Under the pieces are notes generated by a model. That model made no database searches. It was given only the letters and a program-made list of their open reading frames with translations, and was not told the DNA's origin. 64,000 nt of DNA, from positions 83,434 to 147,433 of the forward strand of contig CAZSKX010000001.1 in the NCBI GenBank assembly GCA_964607655.1, in the 5' to 3' direction. The stretch's first letter is position 1. Every line of letters begins with the position of its first letter. Made by a program: the position numbers and the translations under genes. Positions 1-7,936 of the stretch are shown here, piece by piece. Origin of the DNA: an uncultured Candidatus Saccharibacteria bacterium. Its GTDB lineage: Bacteria; Patescibacteriota; Minisyncoccia; Phycocordibacterales; Phycocordibacteraceae.

Positions 1-147
1 GCGTGCCCAGAGCTCGCGCTCCAGCTCCCACCGCTCACGCCGTGGACGAGCTCGACCGACACCACCTTTAAGCCCTAATACGGCCCCAAAAGGGAATCAA
101 CACCCCCGGCCTTGCGCCGGGGGTGTTGTTTATGGTATAATGCAAGG

Positions 148-1107
148 GTGGTAAAACGACATCTTTTAGGGGGGGTGGTAAGCGTCTTTGCGGGTGCCAT
201 TTTTGGCATTTTCACCCTCGCGTTTGTCAGCAACCATCTCTTAAACTCGCCTTCGCTCGCGGCGGTGATTTCGGCTGTGCTTGTCGACCTGACCAATGGC
301 GATCGAGCCGCGCACACGGTCGGCGGCCTCTCGGTAAATCCTCTCCTCACCGCCGCTGCACAGGCCAAGGCCAACGACATGGCAGCGCGCGGCTACTTCG
401 CGCACGTCTCCCCAGACGGGAAGAATTCCTGGTACTGGTTCCGCGAAGCGGGGTACTCCTTTATCTACGCGGGAGAAAATCTCGCGGTAGATTTCTATGA
501 TTCGGGAGATGTCGAGCGTGCGTGGATGAACTCACCGACCCATCGTCGAAATATCCTCGATGGCAACTTTACCGAGATCGGGATCGCGACGGCGCAAGGG
601 ACCTATCAAGGCCGCCCGACTACGTTCGTCGTACAGATGTTCGGCACTCCAGCGCGCGCTACCGCAGCCGTAGCTCCGGTACGCACGACGGCCTCGCCAG
701 CGGAGCCGACCGAGCCAGCACTCGCGACGACAGCGTTTGCTACGACCTCCACGGTTACGTCACCAGCCGCGGCTACGACCGTAGCCTCCGCGGTTACGGA
801 TCTGAACGCCTCACCAGAGACGACAGAGACTCCTGTGCTCGGTACTGCTGCGACCGGTCTCGCGACTCCCGATCAGGCTCCATGGTGGCAGCACCTCCTC
901 GCTTCGCCTAAGGAGCTTATGCGCTACGGTTACTATGCACTTTCTATAATCGTGCTCGGTGTGCTCGCGTACGTGACTGAGCTCGAGTTCCATCGTCGCC
1001 ATACGAGGCACCTCGTCGCGGCGATCGTACTCTTAGTCTTGATGGTGGCACTCATCGTTTTGGCAAATGTCTTCCTCTTCACGCAGCCGGTTATTGCTGC
1101 GCTCTAG
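148..1107 (+). CDS. Membrane-anchored SCP/CAP (cysteine-rich secretory protein family) domain protein with a Thr/Ala/Pro-rich linker and a C-terminal transmembrane segment. The start is uncertain (GTG at 148 or 175); the track ORF start at 112 lies inside an upstream hairpin.
   Basis: CAP/SCP motif block GYFAHVSPDGKNSWYWF...YAGENLA...WMNSPTHRRNIL. N-terminal hydrophobic helix, TAP-rich low-complexity spacer, C-terminal TM helix. Extended -10 TGgTATAAT at 132-140 just upstream. Confidence 0.6.
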   Translation: MVKRHLLGGVVSVFAGAIFGIFTLAFVSNHLLNSPSLAAVISAVLVDLTNGDRAAHTVGGLSVNPLLTAAAQAKANDMAARGYFAHVSPDGKNSWYWFREAGYSFIYAGENLAVDFYDSGDVERAWMNSPTHRRNILDGNFTEIGIATAQGTYQGRPTTFVVQMFGTPARATAAVAPVRTTASPAEPTEPALATTAFATTSTVTSPAAATTVASAVTDLNASPETTETPVLGTAATGLATPDQAPWWQHLLASPKELMRYGYYALSIIVLGVLAYVTELEFHRRHTRHLVAAIVLLVLMVALIVLANVFLFTQPVIAAL

Positions 1108-1252
1108 TATCGAACGTTTGAGGGATTACTGGAGGCCTCCAGCAAGTCCGGGGACGAGTGATAGCACCATCCCGACTCCCAGAAGGATAACGATAACTAC
1201 CGCAAAAAATCGTTTCATATAAAGGGAGGATACCAAATCTCGGCCGCTAGAT

Positions 1253-2977
1253 CTAGTGGGTATTAGTGCGGAGCATGTCGCGCTCGATGTCGGCGAAGGT
1301 GCCGCCGACTTTCTTGCCTGGATTGAAAATATTTTGAGGATCGAAGATTTGCTTGGTGCGTTCGAAAAGGGCGACCATCTCGGGGCCGAAGAGCATCGGC
1401 AGATACGGGGTGCGGATGATGCCATCGTTGTGCTCACCGGTGGTCGTGCCGCCTTCTTTGATCACGAGCTCATAGACCTTTGGTGCGAGCTCGAGAATGA
1501 TCTTCCGATTCTCTTCTTTAGTTAGATCCATAAGAGGGATCAGGTGGAAGTTGCCGTTGCCGACGTGTCCCGCGATCGTGTAGATCATGTGGTCCTTATA
1601 CTGGTCGAGGAGCGCCGTGAGCTTCGGGAGAAATTCTGGATAGCACTGGGGAGGCACGACGAAGTCGTCGATAAAGGGTACCGGATAGAGGTCTTTCATA
1701 TTCTTACGCAGTAGAGAGAAGCTCTCGCGGCGCACGATCCAGTATTTCTCAGATTCCTTCTCGTCCTTCTCGATCTTACACTTCACGTCGAGGTCGTGGA
1801 GGGCGAGCTTGGCCTCGCCGACGCGGCGATCGGCAGCCTCGATCGTATCAGCAGAGAATTCTGCCATGAGAATCATCTCAGGCACGCCACCAAAGAGGAC
1901 CATGAGCGTCTCGGGGATAAACTCGACCCCGAGTCGTGCTGCCTTAGCCATGCCCATCTGCTCGAGCATCTTGGGGAGGAATTTTACCGCGAGCTCGAAG
2001 GTGTGTTTGTCGTAGCTCTCAAATGATTCGGGGTTGAAAGGGAGAATGCGCTTCACGATCTCAGGCAGCGTCTCAAGATCTTTTAGGAAGATGACGAGCA
2101 TCGCGCGATGCTCCTTAGGCTTCACGAGCTTAAGCTTCGCCTTGGTCCAGAGCGCGAGGGTGCCCTGCGAGCCGCAGATAAGCTTGGCGAGGTTAGTCGC
2201 CCCCGTCTTCTCATCGCGAATACTCCAGAGCGCATACCCAGCTGAATTTTTAGATACTTTTGGCTTGTGTGTAGCGATGAGCTTCGCGTTCTCGGTGAGG
2301 AGGGCGTCCATCTCGCGATAGATATGACCCTCCATCGTACGCAGCTTCTTCTTCTCCTCGACCTCTTCGGGCGAGGTGGGCTTAAAGGTCGCCATCGAGC
2401 CGTCAGAGAGGACGACCTCAACTTCTTCGACATAACGCTCAGTCTGGCCATACTCGAGCGTGCGTTCGCCTGCAGAATTGTTCGAGACGATGCCGCCCAT
2501 CGCACAGAGCTCGCGGCTCGCAGGGTAGGAGGGGAGTATGAGCCCTTTCTCGAGCGTCGCCTTCTCGAAATCACGGTAATACACGCCGGGCTCCGTAATC
2601 GCGTACCCATCACTTGGGGGTGAAACCCCCAAGTGGACCTCGCCCATGGTGTTCATGTGTTCTTTAAACGAGACCATGATGCTGGTGGTGAGCGATCCGC
2701 CGGACATACAGGTCCCTGCCGCACGCGCGGTGAGCGAGACGTCGGTGTCACAGCTCTTTAGGTGAGCCACTTCTTTCACCAAGATCTGGAGATCGTCAGC
2801 GTCCTTAGGCGACACGACGACGGTGGGCGTGCGGGTGAAGAGGGAAGCGTCGCGACTGGCCTTGGCGAGTGTTGCTGGGTCTTCGCGTACCTCGCCCCGG
2901 AGTGCTTTTTTCAGAATAGGTTTCCAGTCTGCGCAATCAGGCATTCTTTCAGTATACTTGGCATATCGATTAATCAT
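1253..2977 (-). CDS. FAD-linked oxidase (GlcD / D-lactate dehydrogenase / FAD-binding PCMH family). The true start is possibly the internal Met at 2944 (MPDCADW...), which follows a TATACT box.
   Basis: FAD-binding-4 N-terminal region and C-terminal FAD-oxidase motif GGTTTGEHNDGIIRTPYLP...IFDPQNIFNPGK. 574 aa. Contains the in-frame 25-nt palindromic element (HLGVSPPS). Confidence 0.8.
   Translation of the reverse strand: MINRYAKYTERMPDCADWKPILKKALRGEVREDPATLAKASRDASLFTRTPTVVVSPKDADDLQILVKEVAHLKSCDTDVSLTARAAGTCMSGGSLTTSIMVSFKEHMNTMGEVHLGVSPPSDGYAITEPGVYYRDFEKATLEKGLILPSYPASRELCAMGGIVSNNSAGERTLEYGQTERYVEEVEVVLSDGSMATFKPTSPEEVEEKKKLRTMEGHIYREMDALLTENAKLIATHKPKVSKNSAGYALWSIRDEKTGATNLAKLICGSQGTLALWTKAKLKLVKPKEHRAMLVIFLKDLETLPEIVKRILPFNPESFESYDKHTFELAVKFLPKMLEQMGMAKAARLGVEFIPETLMVLFGGVPEMILMAEFSADTIEAADRRVGEAKLALHDLDVKCKIEKDEKESEKYWIVRRESFSLLRKNMKDLYPVPFIDDFVVPPQCYPEFLPKLTALLDQYKDHMIYTIAGHVGNGNFHLIPLMDLTKEENRKIILELAPKVYELVIKEGGTTTGEHNDGIIRTPYLPMLFGPEMVALFERTKQIFDPQNIFNPGKKVGGTFADIERDMLRTNTH
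2611..2635. repeat. Copy 1 of a 24-25 nt perfect palindromic hairpin element (CACTTGGGGG-TGAAA-CCCCCAAGTG), in-frame inside the FAD oxidase CDS.
   Basis: 10-bp perfect stem with a 5-nt loop. Identical 24-mer recurs at 26551-26574 inside leuS. Confidence 0.85.
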
Positions 2978-3050
2978 GAGTGGAAAACATGACGCAGTGT
3001 GGGTAGCGCTCCTTAGTGAGAGTTTTTTTGAAGTGCGGTAAAGTTAAGCG

Positions 3051-3773
3051 ATGAAGATACTTTTTCTTGATACCGAGACAACGGGGAATAGCGACAAGGA
3101 CCGCCTCTGTCAGCTCGCGGTTAAGGAGTGGCATGTAGACGAGCCGATCGTGAATGCGCTCTACAAGCCGCCCGTGCCGATCTCTATAGAGTCGATGGCG
3201 ATACACCACATCACCGAGCGGATGGTAGCAGACCGACCGGCGTTTAGAGACGCGCCCGAGTATGCAGATCTGAAAGACCTTCTCGAGAGTGAAGAGACAG
3301 TCGTCGTCGCACACAATGCCGCCTTTGATCTCGCGATGCTCTCGCGGGAGGGTATTATGCCGCGTCGATCTATCTGCACCTATAAGCTGGCCTATGCGCT
3401 CGATCCTGACGATCTGCTGCCGAATTATCGTCTCCAGTACCTGCGCTACCTGCTCGACCTCGAAGTCGAGGGCATTGCTCACGACGCGTGGGGCGACGTG
3501 CTGGTACTTGAGGCGCTCTTCGACCGACTGGCCAAGAAGATGGAGGAGCGACACGGGAGCGCGGAGGCGGCACTTGAGTCGATGCTCACCATCGGGGCGC
3601 AGCCACTCCTCTTCACCACGATCCGCTTCGGTAAGTACAACGGCAAGAAAATAGAAGAGGTCGTGAAGACGGACCGAGGGTACCTGGAATGGCTCCTACG
3701 CGAAAAGCGTAAGGATCCGGCAGCAGAAGGGGACTGGATCCACACCCTCGAGCATTACCTGAAGGGGGAGTGA
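3051..3773 (+). CDS. DnaQ-like DEDDh 3'-5' exonuclease with an exonuclease-X-type C-terminal domain.
   Basis: Exo I motif FLDTETTG at the N-terminus, HNAAFD (Exo II) and HDAWGD (Exo III with catalytic His). C-terminal KYNGKKIEEV...YLEWLL resembles the ExoX C-terminal domain. Confidence 0.7.
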   Translation: MKILFLDTETTGNSDKDRLCQLAVKEWHVDEPIVNALYKPPVPISIESMAIHHITERMVADRPAFRDAPEYADLKDLLESEETVVVAHNAAFDLAMLSREGIMPRRSICTYKLAYALDPDDLLPNYRLQYLRYLLDLEVEGIAHDAWGDVLVLEALFDRLAKKMEERHGSAEAALESMLTIGAQPLLFTTIRFGKYNGKKIEEVVKTDRGYLEWLLREKRKDPAAEGDWIHTLEHYLKGE

Positions 3774-3792
3774 GGAGAATTTTCCCCCACTA

Positions 3793-3824
3793 TTGACCCA
3801 TTTTAGATATTGGGTTAATATAAT
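3793..3824 (+). promoter_or_regulatory. Sigma70-like promoter (TTGACC - ~18 nt - TAATAT/TATAAT) upstream of a small peptide ORF.
   Basis: TTGACC at 3793-3798; TATAAT at 3819-3824 (spacer 20) or TAATAT at 3817-3822 (spacer 18). Confidence 0.45.
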
Positions 3825-3882
3825 AACTGACCCGTTCCCTAAACCCGCGACATCGCGGGCAAAACCATTCTGGAGGAGTAAA

Positions 3883-3981
3883 GTGAGAAAGCGCCATCAG
3901 TTTCTTGTCTGTTTGATGGTAGGCATGACCATCGGTATTGTGGTGTTCTACACTGCTGCCGTGGCTCGAGCCTGCCTGTGA
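3883..3981 (+). CDS. Small hydrophobic peptide (32 aa, MRKRHQFLVCLMVGMTIGIVVFYTAAVARACL), GTG start.
   Basis: Strong RBS GGAGGAG 5 nt upstream of GTG. Promoter upstream. Hairpin plus T-run downstream (about 4004-4035). Single TM helix. Confidence 0.35.
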   Translation: MRKRHQFLVCLMVGMTIGIVVFYTAAVARACL

Positions 3982-4097
3982 GGTGGAGAGGGTGTGAACC
4001 CGGGGCTGTCGAAAGACAGCCTTTTCCTTTTGTATACAAATAAAAAACGCCCCGGGGAGCGGAGCGAAGGAAGGTCCTTCGCTCCGCGTGGGGCGGG

Positions 4098-4637
4098 CTA
4101 GTCCATCTGAGTCACGAGTTTTACGAGTGCGTTGTCAGGATCTTGCCAAAAAGTGCTCCGTGTCTGCTTGAAAAACTGGCGGAAGAGCTCGGCCGCAGAG
4201 GCCGTCGCTTTCCCACTGGCTTGTTCCAGCTTAGGCAGGTCCTCCTTGAAACGTTCAGGTCGTATCCGTCTCGGAGCGCGGAGCAGATAGCTCCCGCCGC
4301 CGTGAGGATCAGGAATGGCATAGACGATGCGCGAGACGCGCATGCTAAGCAGCATTCCCATGCACATCACGCACGGCTCGAGAGTCGAATAGACCGTCAC
4401 GCCCCGGAGACTCCGTGGGCCGTTTCGGTTCGAGAGAGCGCTTCGGCAGGCGTGATACTCGGCGTGGTCGAGCCGGAAGTGCGCCTCACCCGTCTTCCGG
4501 CCGTGGGCGATTCGGTGGTCGTCCTTGGCGAAGATGACGCCAACGGGCAGTAGTTCATTTGTTAAAGCGATCTTCGCTTGATCGATCGCCAGCTGCATGA
4601 AATCATCATCGGTCCGGCTATGCATTGGTTTCCTCAC
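4098..4637 (-). CDS. tadA: tRNA-specific adenosine deaminase (CDA-fold zinc deaminase).
   Basis: H(A)E ... PCVMC zinc-binding motifs (HAEYHAC ... LEPCVMCMGML) with overall TadA-like layout. Confidence 0.75.
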   Translation of the reverse strand: MRKPMHSRTDDDFMQLAIDQAKIALTNELLPVGVIFAKDDHRIAHGRKTGEAHFRLDHAEYHACRSALSNRNGPRSLRGVTVYSTLEPCVMCMGMLLSMRVSRIVYAIPDPHGGGSYLLRAPRRIRPERFKEDLPKLEQASGKATASAAELFRQFFKQTRSTFWQDPDNALVKLVTQMD

Positions 4638-4683
4638 TCTGAACAGAATCTGTGTCCGCGGCCAGTATACCGCAGAGAGTGAT

Positions 4684-4742
4684 ATTAAAAAACCGCCCCT
4701 CTGCCGCGAGGTGAAGGGGTTTCCTTCACCTCGCGGGGGCGG
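4684..4742 (-). terminator. Intrinsic terminator module A, read on the minus strand as hairpin + GGCGGTTTTTTAAT. Shares a 29-nt identical core with module B.
   Basis: 14-bp stem CCGCGAGGTGAAGG/CCTTCACCTCGCGG plus an outer CCGCCCC/GGGGCGG stem. T6 run on the minus strand immediately 3' of gene 4747-5349. Confidence 0.7.
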
Positions 4743-4746
4743 ATGG

Positions 4747-5349
4747 TCAGATCTGCATGAGCATCTTCGCGTAGCGGATTTCTGGATCTGTCAGATACGC
4801 TATGCGATGAACACGTCTTCTCACGAGAGGGAACTCGAGCGGTTCGTCCATGTCGGGCGTCATGAGGCGACACATGACCACGAGTTCGTTTTCGAAGTCG
4901 CATTGCCAGAGTCCTCGATACCCGAACAGCATGCCGGTCAGATCGACCGCTTTTTCTTCTTGAAAGAGCGGGTGTCCGAGCGATTCGAGCGCGAGATGGG
5001 ATAGCTCGTGGGCGGCCGCAGTCACAGCAACTGCAAAAGGGGCTGCCGCGAGGAAAGGCTTCCTCATGCAAAGAGTTCTCCTTATGCGCGGGAAGAGACC
5101 CAAGCCGAAGAGAGAAACTTTTTCGAAGTGTACCCACGCCGGAGCGTTACCCGGGCCTGCGGCATCGACTAGGTCGATATTCAGATGATGCTTGATTCCG
5201 AACTGGGGTATCATTGCCTCAACCAGTTCGACGTAGCGGGCTTCAGTATGCAGTTCCTGGAGCGGTTTCGGATCGACGAGCGGACGCGGGTCACCGAACA
5301 GCTGAGTGAGCGTGGAGACCCAGGTGCGAATCTGGTCGAATGATTTCAT
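4747..5349 (-). CDS. Putative zinc metallopeptidase-like protein with an HExxH...H motif. Family uncertain, possibly YgjP/DUF45- or SprT-like.
   Basis: AAHELSHLALESLGHPLF motif. RBS AAGGGGG upstream of the start. Confidence 0.45.
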   Translation of the reverse strand: MKSFDQIRTWVSTLTQLFGDPRPLVDPKPLQELHTEARYVELVEAMIPQFGIKHHLNIDLVDAAGPGNAPAWVHFEKVSLFGLGLFPRIRRTLCMRKPFLAAAPFAVAVTAAAHELSHLALESLGHPLFQEEKAVDLTGMLFGYRGLWQCDFENELVVMCRLMTPDMDEPLEFPLVRRRVHRIAYLTDPEIRYAKMLMQI

Positions 5350-5444
5350 CGTGCGAACCCCCTTGTTTGATTAGTTTGGTACTCTCGGGCAAACGTCTAA
5401 ACGCATTGTACTTAACAGTGATGCTTTGTCAACGCTTGATTGCG

Positions 5445-5501
5445 CATTAAAAAACCGCCCCTCTGCCGCGAGGTTGGAAGATTTTTCATCTTCCAACCTC
5501 G
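5445..5501 (-). terminator. Intrinsic terminator module B. Same 29-nt core as module A but a different 15-bp stem.
   Basis: Stem GCGAGGTTGGAAGAT/ATCTTCCAACCTCGC with loop TTTTC. Lies 3' of the minus-strand gene ending at 5526, followed on the minus strand by GGCGGTTTTTTAAT. Confidence 0.7.
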
Positions 5502-5525
5502 CCGAGGTAGTGGTTATGTCGGCTC

Positions 5526-5798
5526 TCAGCCTGGAACCGGCTTTTCGTATGCGGTGAGACCGCCGATGAACGCAACGATGCCCATCGTGGTTGCCGGGTA
5601 TTTCAGCCAGTCGATGCTGAAGAAGACGCCGACAAGGGCGATTACAAGCGCCAGCAACATCATGACGAGGCACGCGATGCCCGGATACTTGAACTTGCGG
5701 CAGATCAACTGCGACAAGTCGCCGAGGCGGTGGTCGAGGTACAGGACGATTCCGTGGCTACGGATCCCTTTGCGGGGATCTCGGTCGGAAATAGGCAT
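5526..5798 (-). CDS. Small membrane protein (about 90 aa), function unknown.
   Basis: RBS AAGGAGG 10 nt upstream of the ATG at 5798. Two predicted TM helices. Terminator module B directly downstream. Confidence 0.45.
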   Translation of the reverse strand: MPISDRDPRKGIRSHGIVLYLDHRLGDLSQLICRKFKYPGIACLVMMLLALVIALVGVFFSIDWLKYPATTMGIVAFIGGLTAYEKPVPG

Positions 5799-5870
5799 TG
5801 CTAATATTCCTCCTTTCGAGCACTGCAATTGAGGTGTTAGGGCAGGCTCGCAATTTATATTGTACAGAAT

Positions 5871-7580
5871 ATGTACTCATTGTCAAGTAGTTTAGCCAAG
5901 GCCGTGATACACTTGGGATCTATGACACAGGGCGAGGCACTGACGATACTCAAGACGGGCGCCAACGTGTTTCTCACTGGCGAGCCGGGGAGCGGCAAGA
6001 CGCACACGATCAACGAGTTTGTCGCCTGGCTGCGCGCGAGCGGGGTCGAGCCCTCGATCACCGCGGCCACCGGTATCGCCGCGACGCACGTGGGCGGGAT
6101 GACGCTCCACTCCTGGAGCGGGATCGGGATCAATGAGTCGCTCTCGAGAAGCGAGGTGGATTTCATCGCGAGCAAAGAACGCATCGCCAAGCGGATCGCG
6201 AAAGCGAAAGTCTTGATAATCGAAGAAGTCTCGATGCTTGCAGCGCACACCTTCGAGATGGCAGATGCTGTCTGTAGGGAAGTGCGGCGAGTCGATGGGC
6301 CGTTTGGCGGGCTCACGGTTATTCTCGTGGGCGACTTCTTCCAGCTCCCGCCGGTGTCGCGAACGGGTGATGTGCAGTTTGCCTATGAGTCGCGCACCTG
6401 GCGCGACCTCCACCTCCTGACCTGCTATCTCACCGAACAGTTTCGACAGGACGATGCTGACTTTCTCGAGGTGCTCTCAGCGATCCGGCGAGGCGAGGTC
6501 GAAGAGCTCCACTTCGAGCATTTACAGGCACGTCAGGTCGGTGGCGAAGCGTTGCCAGAAGGCGCGCCGAAACTTTATTCCCATAATGCTGACGTTGATC
6601 GGCTGAACAACACCGAGCTCGCGAAGCTGCCGGGGAAAACGTACCCCTTTCGCATGGCGAGTAAGGGGAAGGACTCGCTCGTCGAAGGGCTGAAGCGCGG
6701 CTGTCTCTCACCCGAGAATCTCGAGCTTAAAGAAGGGGCGGTCGTGATGTTTACCAAGAATTCGCCGCAAGGGAAGTTTGTGAATGGGACGCTCGGCGTC
6801 GTCGAAGGGTGGGGAAGTGACGGATACCCCGTGGTGAAAACACGAGAAGGGACGAAGGTGACTGCCGAGCCGATGGAGTGGCAGCTCGAGGAACACGGTA
6901 AGGTGAAGGCGAGTGTCTCGCAGGTGCCGCTCCGGCTCGCGTACGCGATGACGGTACATAAGAGCCAGGGGATGAGTATGGACGCTGCGGTGATCGACCT
7001 CTCGAAGGCGTTTGAATACGGACAGGGGTACGTCGCGCTCTCGCGCGTGCGCCGCCTCGCCGGGGTGCACCTCCTGGGGATCAATCAGCGCGCGCTCGAG
7101 GTGCACCCCGAGATCCTCGAGAAGGACCAGGGATTCCGCGCCGCCTCAGAGGCGGCGCGCGAAGCCTTCGATGCGATGCCGCAGCCTGAAGTCGATGCGA
7201 TGCAGAAGAAGTTTGTAAAGGCGATGGGTGGCGCGTGGAGTACGGGTGCGATTGTGAAAAAGGGAAAGACGAAAAGCGCGGCTCTGCCGGGGCGTCTCGC
7301 GGAGACGCTTCAAGCAGTGAGAGACGGCTCGTCACTCAAGAGTGTTGCTAAAGAGCGTGGTCTCGCTGTCTCGACGGTCGTGACGCATCTCGAAGAGCTC
7401 GCCGAGCTCGGTAAGCTTACACGCGAAGATTTTATCCATCTGGTACCCACCGACTCTCTCGATGAGATCCATGAAGCGTTTAGAGAAGAGCAGAGCGATA
7501 AGCTCTCGCCAGTTTTTCATGCGCTGAAGGGTCGCTACTCGTTTGAAGTTCTTCGACTCGCGCGGCTTGCACGCTTGTAG
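5871..7580 (+). CDS. PIF1/RecD-family (AAA_30) ATP-dependent DNA helicase with a C-terminal helix-turn-helix region.
   Basis: Walker A LTGEPGSGKTHTI; PIF1-like motifs (LIIEEVSM, VGDFFQLPPV, MTVHKSQGMSMD...YVALSRV). C-terminal HTH-like SLKSVAKERGLAVSTVVTHLEEL. Confidence 0.8.
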   Translation: MYSLSSSLAKAVIHLGSMTQGEALTILKTGANVFLTGEPGSGKTHTINEFVAWLRASGVEPSITAATGIAATHVGGMTLHSWSGIGINESLSRSEVDFIASKERIAKRIAKAKVLIIEEVSMLAAHTFEMADAVCREVRRVDGPFGGLTVILVGDFFQLPPVSRTGDVQFAYESRTWRDLHLLTCYLTEQFRQDDADFLEVLSAIRRGEVEELHFEHLQARQVGGEALPEGAPKLYSHNADVDRLNNTELAKLPGKTYPFRMASKGKDSLVEGLKRGCLSPENLELKEGAVVMFTKNSPQGKFVNGTLGVVEGWGSDGYPVVKTREGTKVTAEPMEWQLEEHGKVKASVSQVPLRLAYAMTVHKSQGMSMDAAVIDLSKAFEYGQGYVALSRVRRLAGVHLLGINQRALEVHPEILEKDQGFRAASEAAREAFDAMPQPEVDAMQKKFVKAMGGAWSTGAIVKKGKTKSAALPGRLAETLQAVRDGSSLKSVAKERGLAVSTVVTHLEELAELGKLTREDFIHLVPTDSLDEIHEAFREEQSDKLSPVFHALKGRYSFEVLRLARLARL

Positions 7581-7653
7581 TCGCAGGCGTACGCTACGAG
7601 TACCCTCTGACCGCGAGAGGGACGGGACAGTATTCCAAGCGGAAAGGATGTAC

Positions 7654-7866
7654 ATGGGGCGACATTTGAGTACACATGGTGAAGGTCGAAGGCAGAGGAA
7701 TGGCTCCCGCCACAGAGAGGGGAGCTACCCGAGAGCGGTGCCGGAGGAGGCGCAGCATGCGCCGCCCAAGCCTCCCAAGCCGGCTCGGCCCGCAAAGAGA
7801 GAGATCATCAAGGTGCCGGACGAGAACGGGGACGGCATGAGAGAAATCGACATCACCGATTTCTGA
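7654..7866 (+). CDS. Possible small basic protein (about 70 aa), uncharacterised.
   Basis: RBS GGAAAGG 6 nt upstream of the ATG. Strong terminator directly after the stop. No similarity recognised. Confidence 0.25.
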   Translation: MGRHLSTHGEGRRQRNGSRHREGSYPRAVPEEAQHAPPKPPKPARPAKREIIKVPDENGDGMREIDITDF

Positions 7867-7871
7867 CGCAG

Positions 7872-7910
7872 GGGCCCAGGCGCGCACGCGCGCCTGGGCC
7901 TAGCTTTTTT
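7872..7910 (+). terminator. Rho-independent terminator.
   Basis: GGCCCAGGCGCG-CACG-CGCGCCTGGGCC followed by TAGCTTTTTT. Confidence 0.8.
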
Positions 7911-7936
7911 ATAGAAAATATTGTATAACTTAGGCC

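Noticed and set aside
1126-1218. 30-aa hydrophobic minus-strand ORF (MKRFFAVVIVILLGVGMVLSLVPGLAGGLQ) just downstream of the FAD oxidase.
   Set aside because: No SD or promoter evidence and no conservation assessable. It could be a real micro-protein but is unsupported.
4597-5832. Plus-strand track ORFs 4597-5004 and 5440-5832 share the peptide IKKPPLCREV.
   Set aside because: The shared peptide comes from the duplicated 29-nt terminator core, not from homologous proteins. Both ORFs run antisense to better-supported minus-strand genes.
7543-7653. N-terminal extension of the small ORF overlapping the helicase 3' end (track ORF start 7543).
   Set aside because: It overlaps the well-supported helicase CDS in another frame. 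A downstream ATG at 7654 with an RBS is the only plausible start, and even that gene is low confidence.
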